64,000 nt of DNA, from contig NZ_JBBEXD010000003.1 of assembly GCF_037782385.1 (NCBI RefSeq), positions 230,520 to 294,519 on the forward strand. Direction: 5' to 3'. Below are positions 11,024 to 20,529 of this stretch, piece after piece. The position numbers were made by a program, and so were the translations under genes. Below the pieces are notes generated by a model, which was not told the DNA's origin, did not search any database, and saw only the letters and a list, made by a program, of their open reading frames with translations. The stretch's first letter is position 1. The number at the start of each line of letters is the position of its first letter. Origin of the DNA: Ascidiimonas meishanensis. Its GTDB lineage: Bacteria; Bacteroidota; Bacteroidia; Flavobacteriales; Flavobacteriaceae.

Positions 11024-11488
11024 TTACACTTCTAATAATTCTGAAATCTCAGAAAGCCCTTGCATTTGAGCATGCATAAGGGCTGTATTTCCCTTAGAAT
11101 CAGTGATACTTTTATCAGCACCATGCGTCAATAAAAGATGTATTAACTCTCTTTGTGCAAAGGTAACTGCAAAAATAAGTGCAGTAGTTCCATTAGAATT
11201 TTGTTCATTGACATTCGCTCCTTTTTCTATGAGTTTATGGGCCATTTCTTTATAACCTTTAAAGCAAACCCCCATTAAAGCGGTATTTCCAGAGGCATCT
11301 TTTCCGTTTATAGGGGTGCCATTATCTAAGAGCACATCTACAACTTCATGATGATTGTAATAAGTAGCTAAAATAAGCGGTGTTGAACCGCGACTATCTT
11401 TGGCTTCTTTAAGATCTGGTTGTTCTTTCAGTAGTGCTTTTAAGGTAGCAGTATCTCCCTCTCTAATTGCGGTAAACAATGGTTCCAT
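11024..11488 (-). CDS. Ankyrin-repeat protein (4 ANK repeats, no signal peptide)
   Basis: Repeated GSTPLILATYYNHHEVVDVLLDNGTPIN / GNTALMGVC...HKLIEKGANVN / GTTALIFAV...LLLTHGAD motifs. Confidence 0.85.
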   Translation of the reverse strand: MEPLFTAIREGDTATLKALLKEQPDLKEAKDSRGSTPLILATYYNHHEVVDVLLDNGTPINGKDASGNTALMGVCFKGYKEMAHKLIEKGANVNEQNSNGTTALIFAVTFAQRELIHLLLTHGADKSITDSKGNTALMHAQMQGLSEISELLEV

Positions 11489-11599
11489 TAGAATTTTTTA
11501 AATGGTTAAAAAGCCATTTCAGACTTCACCCGAATTTACTAAATAAATCTTATTTCCAGATATAAATCCGATTTGTTTTTTTAGTTAAACAAGACTCTA

Positions 11600-11637
11600 A
11601 ATAAAAAGCACATGGGGGACACCATGTGCTTTTCTAT
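11600..11637 (-). terminator. Rho-independent terminator ending the GG-peptide operon (works in both directions)
   Basis: 9-bp stem AGCACATGG/CCATGTGCT with a 6-nt loop, flanked by A-run and T-run (aaaaagcacatgggggacaccatgtgcttttc). Confidence 0.7.
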
Positions 11638-11661
11638 GTATTTAAGATTATGTAAAAACTA

Positions 11662-11841
11662 TTACTGAATGTTGGTTCCACCGCATACTCTATAATCTTC
11701 TCCTGCAATAATGGAATTACAAAATAAGCTAGCAATAGAATCTGTGGTAAGTCCTCCTTTCAAGGATTCGGAAGATTGTTTATTTAACTCGGCAATAGCT
11801 ATTTTTTTTAACTGTAATGTTTTTAAAGACTTTGTTTTCAT
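11662..11841 (-). CDS. Double-glycine-leader micro-peptide A (59 aa): MKTKSLKTLQLKKIAIAELNKQSSESLKGG|LTTDSIASLFCNSIIAGEDYRVCGGTNIQ
   Basis: Translated by hand from the minus strand; not in the ORF track. Lys-rich leader ending L-K-G-G, like Bacteroidota bacteriocin-type signal sequences. Core has 2 Cys. Confidence 0.55.
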   Translation of the reverse strand: MKTKSLKTLQLKKIAIAELNKQSSESLKGGLTTDSIASLFCNSIIAGEDYRVCGGTNIQ

Positions 11842-11866
11842 AAAATTTATTTTTGGATTTTTTTTC

Positions 11867-12028
11867 TTAAAACATATGGCAACCTATACCTCCTGCTGCA
11901 CGAGGTACCGAATTACAAGATACATTAGTAGCGCTTGATCCTCCTTTTAAAATAGAAGCCATGTTATTTTCCAGGTTAATAATTTTTGATTTGTTTAATG
12001 ATAATTTTTTAAAGCTTTTTTGTTTCAT
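11867..12028 (-). CDS. Double-glycine-leader micro-peptide B (53 aa): MKQKSFKKLSLNKSKIINLENNMASILKGG|SSATNVSCNSVPRAAGGIGCHMF
   Basis: Translated by hand from the minus strand; not in the ORF track. Leader ends L-K-G-G. Core has 2 Cys and shares a C-N-S motif with peptide A. Confidence 0.55.
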   Translation of the reverse strand: MKQKSFKKLSLNKSKIINLENNMASILKGGSSATNVSCNSVPRAAGGIGCHMF

Positions 12029-12126
12029 AATAATTCAGAATTTCTGTTTTTCAAATATTAAAATAAATACTTACAACTAATATAACATCTAATTCTGTAA
12101 ATGCTTGTGTTTTTAGCTTTCAATTT

Positions 12127-14805
12127 TTATCGAACACCCGGGGAAAAATCTTCGGGTGCATTTTGCGGTTGATTCACAGTACCATTTGCTCCAGTATCAT
12201 TATAGATATCCCACTCTTGAAATGAATAGCTCACATTTCCTTTGACAACTGTTAGTTTGCGATAGGCTCTGCCATCTTCAAATTCATGATTAGTGCCAGA
12301 ACCATCTTCCCCGATGATACCAAAAATATCAATAATCTCGTTTTGACTATTTAGGAGTACTAAATTATCATCACCATTGGAATCTGCAGGACTATTACTA
12401 GAAGCCGCCACGTCTGGAATGAAGCCATATACTGCTTCAAATACAGTTGCATTAGGGGAGATAATAAATGTTTCTCCTCCCTTGATACGATATCCAGACA
12501 AATCAATCTGTGAGCTTACCTCTATATTTTCATTGGTATATCTGAGAAGCTTCCATCCATCTAATAATACGTCTACCTCTCCAGCATTAAATAATTCTAC
12601 AAACCGTGCATCTGCATTGTTATTTGGATCTGCTAATTCTGATATGAAGACTTCATTGGAATCATTTATATAACAAAGTTGATAGGGGTCTAGAGATTCA
12701 AAATCTGAAGTACTACGAATGCGTAAAACAGGATTGCCATTTGTACTCAAAATACCTTTAATGGTTCCATTAGTTTCCGGTACTGAATTGTTATAGAAAG
12801 AGGCATCAGTATCTATTAAAACTGGAAGAATGTTTTCGCAATCTGTAATAGAGATAGTTTCTGTGAATATGTCTGGGGCTATGGTAAATTGTACATTGTT
12901 AAAAGCGACAAGTCTGCTTTGATAGGCTAGATTGGCTACATCAGTCATATCAAGAAGAATAGGCAGAGGGGGTGTGCCTCCATTCACTGTAATTATATGT
13001 GAAGTTCTAAGATTGTCTATTAGTAAAAGACCGCTATCAGATTTTAATAGACCATTCCAAACAACAATCTCAACTTCTGCATAAAGCGGGATTTGATGTT
13101 CTGCATTAAATAAAATGGTTATACCCGCTTCATTATCTTGTATAACGAGTTCTGTATTTTTAAAATTACGATTACTGGAATCTGAAATTACCGTTCCTTT
13201 AATTTTAAGGTTTTCGATGATTTGAACAGTATCATTTTGAAATTGAGACTTTAAAGTATTAATACTGGTCAAAGAAGAATTTTCAAACACATTACAACGC
13301 GCTGCATTCAAATCAATAAGATCATCCATATCTCTTATTCTCAACAAATAGTTATTATTCTGAAAACTTAGAATACCTTGAACGATTCCATTTCCAGAAG
13401 GAATTAAGACATCTTTAAAAGAGGCTGTTTTCAGCGTACTTATCTCAAGTAGGTTTCCATTACAATCATTCAGAGGTTGTTTAGTGGTAGTATTATTTTC
13501 TACAAATGAAGAAGAAGGGTATAAAAATTGTAAATCGCTTAACCCTATTAATTTACCTATATCTTCGGGTTTTAAATTAGAGAGTTCAATTAAAGATGGT
13601 GCTACATTAACTCTGGTTTCCTGCAAAAATAAGAATTGATAAAGCTCCTCCTCCTCCAATCCTGTAAACTCACCTTCTTTTAAAACGCCAAGTTGCAGTT
13701 CACCTTCTAGATTATCAATCCAAAGTCCTTCACAGTTCACTATAACCACTCTGTTAATTTCAAATCCATTTTCTAAAAGTTTGGAGCTGTTAATTTTAAT
13801 TTTAATCCCCGCAGTACTGTCTTGTAGGTAGATTTCTTTAAAAAAATTCCCAGTATCATCGGATGCTGTAATTACTCCTTCAATTACTACAGGTTCTTTT
13901 ATCTGAAGAGGTTGATCTACATAGCTTTTTTTTAAATCTTCAAAGCTCGTATTGGGTGCAGGAGGGATACACTCAAAAGAACTACCATCACATCTGGAAT
14001 CATTAAAACTAATATCTGTTGTGTCTCTTATTACAATACTATAGCTTCCTGAACCAAATCCTAAAATACCAGTAATAGTGCCTTTTCCAGTGGGTAATTG
14101 CTCAGCTTGAAAATCTGCGAAACCACTATTTATTAAATCAATCTTATTTTGGGAACAATCTTGTATAATTCTTTTACTGGTCTCTCCCTGATTCGCATAA
14201 CTTTTGCAAAGATCTGTAGGAGCTATTTCTGTATTTTCAATGCTTACCAGCATATTAATCATGTCTTCTTGAATTTGATCTAAACTTATTTCAAGCGGAC
14301 TCATCTCAGCAAGAGAGTCGCAACTAACTAAAATATGTTTTTCTACTAAGTTTGCTGGAAGTCTTCCAACAGATAGTACCCCACCAGCAGTTGTAAACAA
14401 TCCTCCAAGTTTATAGGTTTCTTGACTTTTACCCAAGTGAAGCCCCTTTAACCTTATAAAAACTCGGGCACCAATCTCATACCTAAGATGGTAATCTCTT
14501 AAATCAATATCTATCTGAAAAGCTTCTGTTGGATTTTCTTTTTTGTCTTGAAAATGAAGTGTTCCAAAAAAATTCCCAGCTTTGTCTGAAGAGGTAATAT
14601 ATCCTTCGATTATTAGATCCTCTTGAATTTGTATAATTTCACCTTCAAAAAGCTGTTTGATCTTTTGATAGGTTGTGTTAGCAGTAATTTCAGTATTCAA
14701 ACAGCTATTTGGTGCATTAAAATCATCATTTTTAACGCATTTAGACAAAAGACAAATGCATAAAATAACTATTATCCTAAAAAATTTAAGCAATAGATGT
14801 TTCAT
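12127..14805 (-). CDS. Large surface lipoprotein with three internal ~200-aa repeats (DUF5689-like) and a C-terminal lamin-tail domain (LTD)
   Basis: Lipobox ILCICLLSKC. Start taken at Met7 (14805) to avoid a 17-nt overlap with the upstream gene. Three modules each run from GNFF... to GIL(G/S)...(I/L)RIRD. The C-terminus ELADPNNNADARFVELFNAGEVDVLLDGW is typical of LTD. Confidence 0.7.
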   Translation of the reverse strand: MKHLLLKFFRIIVILCICLLSKCVKNDDFNAPNSCLNTEITANTTYQKIKQLFEGEIIQIQEDLIIEGYITSSDKAGNFFGTLHFQDKKENPTEAFQIDIDLRDYHLRYEIGARVFIRLKGLHLGKSQETYKLGGLFTTAGGVLSVGRLPANLVEKHILVSCDSLAEMSPLEISLDQIQEDMINMLVSIENTEIAPTDLCKSYANQGETSKRIIQDCSQNKIDLINSGFADFQAEQLPTGKGTITGILGFGSGSYSIVIRDTTDISFNDSRCDGSSFECIPPAPNTSFEDLKKSYVDQPLQIKEPVVIEGVITASDDTGNFFKEIYLQDSTAGIKIKINSSKLLENGFEINRVVIVNCEGLWIDNLEGELQLGVLKEGEFTGLEEEELYQFLFLQETRVNVAPSLIELSNLKPEDIGKLIGLSDLQFLYPSSSFVENNTTTKQPLNDCNGNLLEISTLKTASFKDVLIPSGNGIVQGILSFQNNNYLLRIRDMDDLIDLNAARCNVFENSSLTSINTLKSQFQNDTVQIIENLKIKGTVISDSSNRNFKNTELVIQDNEAGITILFNAEHQIPLYAEVEIVVWNGLLKSDSGLLLIDNLRTSHIITVNGGTPPLPILLDMTDVANLAYQSRLVAFNNVQFTIAPDIFTETISITDCENILPVLIDTDASFYNNSVPETNGTIKGILSTNGNPVLRIRSTSDFESLDPYQLCYINDSNEVFISELADPNNNADARFVELFNAGEVDVLLDGWKLLRYTNENIEVSSQIDLSGYRIKGGETFIISPNATVFEAVYGFIPDVAASSNSPADSNGDDNLVLLNSQNEIIDIFGIIGEDGSGTNHEFEDGRAYRKLTVVKGNVSYSFQEWDIYNDTGANGTVNQPQNAPEDFSPGVR

Positions 14806-14806
14806 T

Positions 14807-17551
14807 TTAAAAATTAATAGCAAGGTTTAAAAAATAGGTTCTTCCAGGACCGTACCAATGTTTTGATCCAAATGAGGGATTTCCTCTAGCCAAATCTGCT
14901 TTTAATCTGCCAAAATTCCCATTGCGACTTTGTTCAAAGCCACCGGTTCTGTAGGTAAGGTCAAAAAGGTTATTGATACTTAGAAAAGCACTTATATATA
15001 GCTCTTTTACAAGCCATGATTTACCCGCTACCAGATTTAGTAAATAAATATCCTCTAAAATTTCTTGTTTCAGGATGCTTGCTACTGCTTCTTGATTAGC
15101 TTCTGGAAAAGGTATATTTGTTTCTGGATTAATGAGAAAACTTTGGGTTCTGGTAATTTTGGAAATATCCGTGAAATTACGGGTTAAGTAATTTGCTGTA
15201 ACACCCAACCACCAATATTTAGGACTTCTATATTCAATACCAAAAGCAACTGCCGTTTGCGGTCCGGTTGCTAGCCGGTAATCTTTTAAAGCAGCAGTAC
15301 CTAAGTTTAAGCTTCCTTGGCTACTAATAATCTCTTCCTCATCTCCAGATGGATCAAAATTGATAGTAAGATTTGCATCGTTTGCATATCTGTGATCACC
15401 TATGCCAAAAGCAGCGGTTAATTTTACATCTGAAGATAACTGCTGTTCCAACCCCAGTTCAATCCCTAGATATTTATGCCCTGATCCAGTAATTACTTCC
15501 TGCACAAAATCATTACCAACACCAGACTCAACATAGAAAAAATTAATATCTGTTATATTATTAATGAGTGTGTAATACGAGGTAAATCTTCCTTTTAAAT
15601 CTTTCCATCTTAAAAAATAATTGAACTCCAGAGTCTTCAATTCTTCTTCACTAATATTTGGAACGATTTCATTATTCTCCCTTGGATTGATAAAAACATT
15701 CTGTAATACTGGTGGTCTTATTTGAAAACTTCCATTTACAGAGAAAACATGACGTCCTGTGTATCTAAAAGTGATGCCGCCTTTAATACCAAAATTAGAA
15801 AAATTTACCTTTTCACTATTTCCCAAAGAATTTTCTGGAAAACGCTCGTTTAAGAATAATCCTTCTCTCTCATATTGTACAGTTTCCCATCTTCCGGAAA
15901 TAAAACCATCCCATTTATTTGAAGTGAAACGAAGCTGAGAAAATAAGGATGCTTTCATTGCATTCATTTCATAATTATAGCCAAAAGCAGCGCCTTCTGT
16001 TTTTCTGAATTCTCCATTTACATCATTGCGTGTGTTTGAAAATGTATCTATATCTTCATGAAAATCAGAACCTAACAAGTCATTTATCTCTGCATAATTA
16101 GCAGAGTTCAGTTGTTGATATGTCGCGCCTGCATCTATTTTAAATTGATTATTTAGGCGATAGTTTATAAGAGTATTTAGGGTTAATTGTTTATCATCTG
16201 TATGATCCTGCTGAATGAGATAAGCACTTTTTCCTTCTAAGGAAATAGCCGTATTAGCCAAATAAATAGATGGCCAACTTATTTGTGGATTTTCTAGAAA
16301 GCCTCCACGTGCTAATGCAGCATTCTCAAAATTTGGAGTCCTTTGATTGATATAATAGCTGGGGAGATATCTATAGTAAACAGGATCTGGATTTGGTGCA
16401 TTAAAATAACTTAACCGATTTCGTCCAAACTGCCCAAATTGATAAGCGGCTCCCACATTCAATTTTAAATTATTATGGTTCAGGTAATAATTAAACATTA
16501 CAATGGGTTCACTAATTATACGTGTTCTTGCATTTCTGATGTCTTTATTTTGAGTTCCCCAATTGGGGTTATAGGTTCTACCCACTAAATTGAAAACTTC
16601 CCGTGTTAATGGAGCAGACTGACCTCTCCGGTTAGAGGAAAGGATACCAGTAAGTGCAATAGCTTGTTTGCTATTTATTTGGTATTCTAGCCCCATAAAA
16701 GCAGCATAACTATCGTATAAAGTACCGTCTATAAAACCTTCTTTAGCCCATCTTCTGGAAGCAGATATGGTATAAGACACACCATTCTTTTTTTGACCTG
16801 AGTTGTAAGTGGCCATTACTCTTCCCGTGTAGGTACGGTTTGAATAGGAAGAAGAGATTCGAAATCCAGCTCTAAAAGTTGATGGTCTCATATTGATATT
16901 TGTGAGCCCTAAAATTCTACCAAAACCAATTTCAGAAGGTGCAAGACCATAGGTGTAATCTTGATTACGAGTGATATCGTTTAACCCTCCCCAATTATTC
17001 CATTGCGCTCTGCCATTAAACATTTTATTCATTGCTATACCATTTATAGCCACCATACCTTCTTTCCAGTCATATCCACGAAGCCTATAAAATGCTTGAC
17101 TAAAATCAAAAGCAGCCCTATTTAAAAATACGTCTCTTGAAGCCTGTAAAAGTGCATAATTTCCATCAGAGCCACCCTCTTCTAAAAGATCATCAGAAGT
17201 AAGGTTAATAACTTGATTTGTCTGTTGCAATAGCAAGTCTTTTTCAAGGGTAATTTCTTTTAGCACTAGAGTTTTTCCCGGAACTTTAATTACTGTAAGG
17301 GTTTTTAGTTTATAGGACTCTGAAGCTACTTGCAAATTATGATTTCCTGAAGGAACGTTTTTCAGATAAAATTCCCCATTCAGGTTTGTAATAGCTTCTA
17401 TAAATAGACCTTCTAAAGTTACAACCACTCCTTCAAGAGGTTGCTTGTTTTTAAAATCAATTACCTTTCCCTTAATACCAGAATCCATTTGTGCAGTAAC
17501 TTTAAAAACGAACAGTAAGTATAATACAAATATGTAGTAATAGTCTTTCAA
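14807..17551 (-). CDS. Outer-membrane beta-barrel protein with N-terminal carboxypeptidase-regulatory-like domain (TonB-dependent-receptor-like)
   Basis: Signal peptide, then GIKGKVIDFKNKQPLEGVVVTLEG (CarbopepD_reg-like). Long alternating beta-strand region ending ...FLNLAINF (C-terminal Phe). Confidence 0.7.
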   Translation of the reverse strand: MKDYYYIFVLYLLFVFKVTAQMDSGIKGKVIDFKNKQPLEGVVVTLEGLFIEAITNLNGEFYLKNVPSGNHNLQVASESYKLKTLTVIKVPGKTLVLKEITLEKDLLLQQTNQVINLTSDDLLEEGGSDGNYALLQASRDVFLNRAAFDFSQAFYRLRGYDWKEGMVAINGIAMNKMFNGRAQWNNWGGLNDITRNQDYTYGLAPSEIGFGRILGLTNINMRPSTFRAGFRISSSYSNRTYTGRVMATYNSGQKKNGVSYTISASRRWAKEGFIDGTLYDSYAAFMGLEYQINSKQAIALTGILSSNRRGQSAPLTREVFNLVGRTYNPNWGTQNKDIRNARTRIISEPIVMFNYYLNHNNLKLNVGAAYQFGQFGRNRLSYFNAPNPDPVYYRYLPSYYINQRTPNFENAALARGGFLENPQISWPSIYLANTAISLEGKSAYLIQQDHTDDKQLTLNTLINYRLNNQFKIDAGATYQQLNSANYAEINDLLGSDFHEDIDTFSNTRNDVNGEFRKTEGAAFGYNYEMNAMKASLFSQLRFTSNKWDGFISGRWETVQYEREGLFLNERFPENSLGNSEKVNFSNFGIKGGITFRYTGRHVFSVNGSFQIRPPVLQNVFINPRENNEIVPNISEEELKTLEFNYFLRWKDLKGRFTSYYTLINNITDINFFYVESGVGNDFVQEVITGSGHKYLGIELGLEQQLSSDVKLTAAFGIGDHRYANDANLTINFDPSGDEEEIISSQGSLNLGTAALKDYRLATGPQTAVAFGIEYRSPKYWWLGVTANYLTRNFTDISKITRTQSFLINPETNIPFPEANQEAVASILKQEILEDIYLLNLVAGKSWLVKELYISAFLSINNLFDLTYRTGGFEQSRNGNFGRLKADLARGNPSFGSKHWYGPGRTYFLNLAINF

Positions 17552-17628
17552 TTTTAATACTAAAAGTCGTAAAAATAAAAATTTTACTTTATTATTGTAA
17601 TATTTTAGTAAGAAAAAACTTCCTTTTT

Positions 17629-18666
17629 ATGCGATCTATTGTTTGCGTGCTATTATTAATTGGTAGCTACAACACTACAAATTCTCAAACAAATACTTAT
17701 GCCGTAAGAACTGTTGCATTTTATAATGTGGAAAACCTTTTTGATACGTTAAATGATCCAAAAACTTTTGATGATTCTAGAACACCTAATGGGAAAGACA
17801 AATGGAACAAAGCTCGATACGAAAAAAAAATAGCTAATATTGCTCAAGTTATTTCAGAAATTGGAAAAGAAAAAACGCAGCAGGCTCCCGATATTATAGG
17901 ACTTGCTGAGGTAGAGAACTTGAAGGTTTTGAAAGACTTAACTAACCATCCTAGTTTAGAGTTGTATCAATATAATATAATACATGCTAACTCACCAGAC
18001 AGAAGAGGGATTGATGTTGCATTACTTTTTAAACAAGGAGTATTTACTCCTATAGACTATAAAAGCTATACTTTATTACTTAAAGATGAATTCAATAAAA
18101 GAATTTATACAAGAGATCAATTATTAGTTTCTGGAATGTTGGATGGAGAAATTTTTTATTTTATTGTAAATCATTGGCCTTCAAGGAGGGGTGGGGAGAA
18201 TAGAAGTAAGCATAAGCGCTTAAAGGCCGCTATACTTAATAAACAAATTATTGATTCTATTCAAAAGATAGACTCTCTTGCACGTATTATAAGTATGGGT
18301 GATTTTAATGATGACCCAACAAATGCAAGCTTTAAACAAATTTTAAAAACCAAAAGTAGAAATAATAATATCCACACCTTTGATTTAATTAACCCTATGG
18401 ACGCCCTATTTAAGAAAGGATACGGTTCATTGGCTTATGGAGACTCATGGAATTTATTTGATCAGTTTTATTTTTCCGCTACTTTAATCAACCCTAATCA
18501 GAAATCTTATCAATTCTGGAAAGCTAATATCTATAATCCACCATACTTAACGGTTTCAAAAGGTAAATATAAAGGATATCCATTTCGTACCTATGCTGGT
18601 GGTGCGTATACCGGAGGTTATAGTGATCATTTTCCTATTTATTTATATCTAATTAAAGCGCAATAA
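17629..18666 (+). CDS. Secreted endonuclease/exonuclease/phosphatase (EEP) family protein
   Basis: Signal peptide. Motifs VAFYNVENLF, NHWPSRRGG and GYSDHFPIYL are characteristic of the EEP fold. Confidence 0.85.
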   Translation: MRSIVCVLLLIGSYNTTNSQTNTYAVRTVAFYNVENLFDTLNDPKTFDDSRTPNGKDKWNKARYEKKIANIAQVISEIGKEKTQQAPDIIGLAEVENLKVLKDLTNHPSLELYQYNIIHANSPDRRGIDVALLFKQGVFTPIDYKSYTLLLKDEFNKRIYTRDQLLVSGMLDGEIFYFIVNHWPSRRGGENRSKHKRLKAAILNKQIIDSIQKIDSLARIISMGDFNDDPTNASFKQILKTKSRNNNIHTFDLINPMDALFKKGYGSLAYGDSWNLFDQFYFSATLINPNQKSYQFWKANIYNPPYLTVSKGKYKGYPFRTYAGGAYTGGYSDHFPIYLYLIKAQ

Positions 18667-18696
18667 AAAAGGCATCCCACAGAGATGCCTTTTTTA
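18665..18696. terminator. Bidirectional terminator between convergent genes
   Basis: aaaaaaggcatc-ccacaga-gatgcctttttt. Confidence 0.7.
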
Positions 18697-18712
18697 AGAA
18701 TCCACTTTATTT

Positions 18713-19162
18713 TTAAGCAAACCACAAGTGATAGGGTATTCTGCTGAGTATAAGGATTAATCCAATTAAATAGAACACAGCAATTTTACCAAATTTACCT
18801 TTATCGGTAGTTTGTTTTTTATGTTTAGACCAACCAATAGTAATCAATGCTATGGCTATAATATTGGTAACGGGATGTTCTACAAGTAACATTCTGGCAT
18901 CTGCATTCTTCATAATCCCACCCATACCTATTTCACTCCAAAGAGCGAAACGTTCAGATACAAAATAGAGTATGAAACCAATTAACAACTGAATATGAGA
19001 AAATATAAGTCCAAATAAACTTATCCTAAGGTCTTTATTGCTAAATTTTTTATTTCCACTAAAGCCAATTAAAGCGTTTATTCCTGCTAAAACTAATACT
19101 AGTAAAGCAAGGTAAGCCCAATAAGAGTGAAGTATTCTGATTGTTTCATACATAGGTAACAA
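18713..19162 (-). CDS. Hypothetical integral membrane protein
   Basis: Four predicted TM helices. No motif recognised. Confidence 0.45.
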   Translation of the reverse strand: MLPMYETIRILHSYWAYLALLVLVLAGINALIGFSGNKKFSNKDLRISLFGLIFSHIQLLIGFILYFVSERFALWSEIGMGGIMKNADARMLLVEHPVTNIIAIALITIGWSKHKKQTTDKGKFGKIAVFYLIGLILILSRIPYHLWFA

Positions 19163-19503
19163 GGTTAATTAGTTCTGGCAAAAATAGTAAAATAGAATCA
19201 ATTTGAACTACAGTTAAGTTTTGTAAATTAAGATAAAATAATCAACGAATCATAGGAAGTTTTCCTATTTAAAATTAGAGATACTAAGAAATATAGGTAT
19301 TTTGAAGATCAGTAAAACAATATGAACTTCCAATATTTTATGGTGATAGATTGATACGGCCAAAATAAAATGGGATAGATAGTCCAACGTCTTAAAAAAA
19401 CGAATAATCCTTAAAGTTACCTTGCTTAAGAAGTTTTTATTGAATTGGGAGTACTACCAAAAGCACAAGCCCATCTATACAAATTCAAAGAATAAATAAA
19501 ACA

Positions 19504-19543
19504 AAAAAGAGGCTGTCTACAAAAACTTAGACAGCCCTTTTTG
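19504..19543 (-). terminator. Rho-independent terminator downstream of the lipoprotein gene (works in both directions)
   Basis: aaaaaagaggctgtcta-caaaaact-tagacagccctttttg. Confidence 0.7.
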
Positions 19544-19581
19544 CTTATTTTCAAGTTAAGAATTGAAAATCAATCTTTATA

Positions 19582-20529
19582 TTATGGATAGTAAGATTTA
19601 GTCCCATTATGAACTGAGTTACTGCCAATTCCACTGGCCTCCACTTTAAATTGAGAAGAATTGAAGCTTACTGAGGCAAGGGGAGTTGCTAAACCCAATG
19701 CATACTGCCCCTTACCATAGCTTCCAGTTTCTCTTAGAACTTTGCTTTCACTTTTGGCAGAACCAATATTGATATAAGCTCCATCAGCCATGTCTGTATT
19801 GCTTACATACGTTCCGGAATAATAGATGGTTATTTTAAAATACATACTACCTCTTTTAGAGCCCCATAACCAGTTAACATTCCAGGTAGTTGTTGATGAT
19901 TTCCACGAAACCCGATTAGCTTCACCGCTGTCGTTATTATTTTCAGAGGTTACAATTGGTGCTGTGTCCTGCATAGTTAAACCTATCAACAGATTATCCC
20001 AAACAATTCCGTTTTCATTATAAAAAGCCATAGTTTTTAGGGTTTCTCCATTATAATTCCAAGCAAGTTCTAGTGCATTTTGCCCCACTTTAATCACTTT
20101 GGATGCATAATTGTTAAGGATTTGAATACCTTCCTGTTTCTGTGAAGCAATAATATCTCCTACGGTACTTATCTGCAATGAAGTAGGATCCATTATATTT
20201 CCATAACCAACGGTACTGTTATCTGAACTTAGAGCTTTGAAAGTTTGTTCAAGACCTTTGTTGCTTGAGAGGTTTCCTTTTACCTCAAAGCTTACAAGAG
20301 ATAATGCACCATTTGTGTATTTATCAAGATTTTCTTGAGTTAAGGTTAATTGTTTGAGCACTTCAGGAGGGATATTTTTATCTTCAGTAGTTTCTAATCC
20401 ATAATCGGTTACTTCAATGGAACTTTCGTTATTGAGTATTACATCCTCATCTTTAGAACAAGAGAAGAAAACACTAGCTATCAACGCTATGTATAACGTA
20501 GAAAAGAGCATTTTTTTGAACATTTTCAT
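19582..20529 (-). CDS. Hypothetical lipoprotein
   Basis: Signal peptide with lipobox VFFSC. Ser/Thr/Asn-rich beta-type sequence. Confidence 0.55.
   Translation of the reverse strand: MKMFKKMLFSTLYIALIASVFFSCSKDEDVILNNESSIEVTDYGLETTEDKNIPPEVLKQLTLTQENLDKYTNGALSLVSFEVKGNLSSNKGLEQTFKALSSDNSTVGYGNIMDPTSLQISTVGDIIASQKQEGIQILNNYASKVIKVGQNALELAWNYNGETLKTMAFYNENGIVWDNLLIGLTMQDTAPIVTSENNNDSGEANRVSWKSSTTTWNVNWLWGSKRGSMYFKITIYYSGTYVSNTDMADGAYINIGSAKSESKVLRETGSYGKGQYALGLATPLASVSFNSSQFKVEASGIGSNSVHNGTKSYYP

Noticed and set aside
11711-11938. 75-aa plus-strand ORF from the six-frame track
   Set aside because: It is antisense to the two GG-leader micro-peptides and has a low-complexity, stop-poor AT-rich frame. 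The minus-strand peptides have coherent leader/core architecture and their own terminator.
12029-12126. Search for a TAnnTTTG promoter directly upstream of the GG peptides
   Set aside because: Only a one-mismatch version (AATATTTG) is present. The peptides may instead be co-transcribed with the upstream barrel/LTD genes, so no promoter is called.
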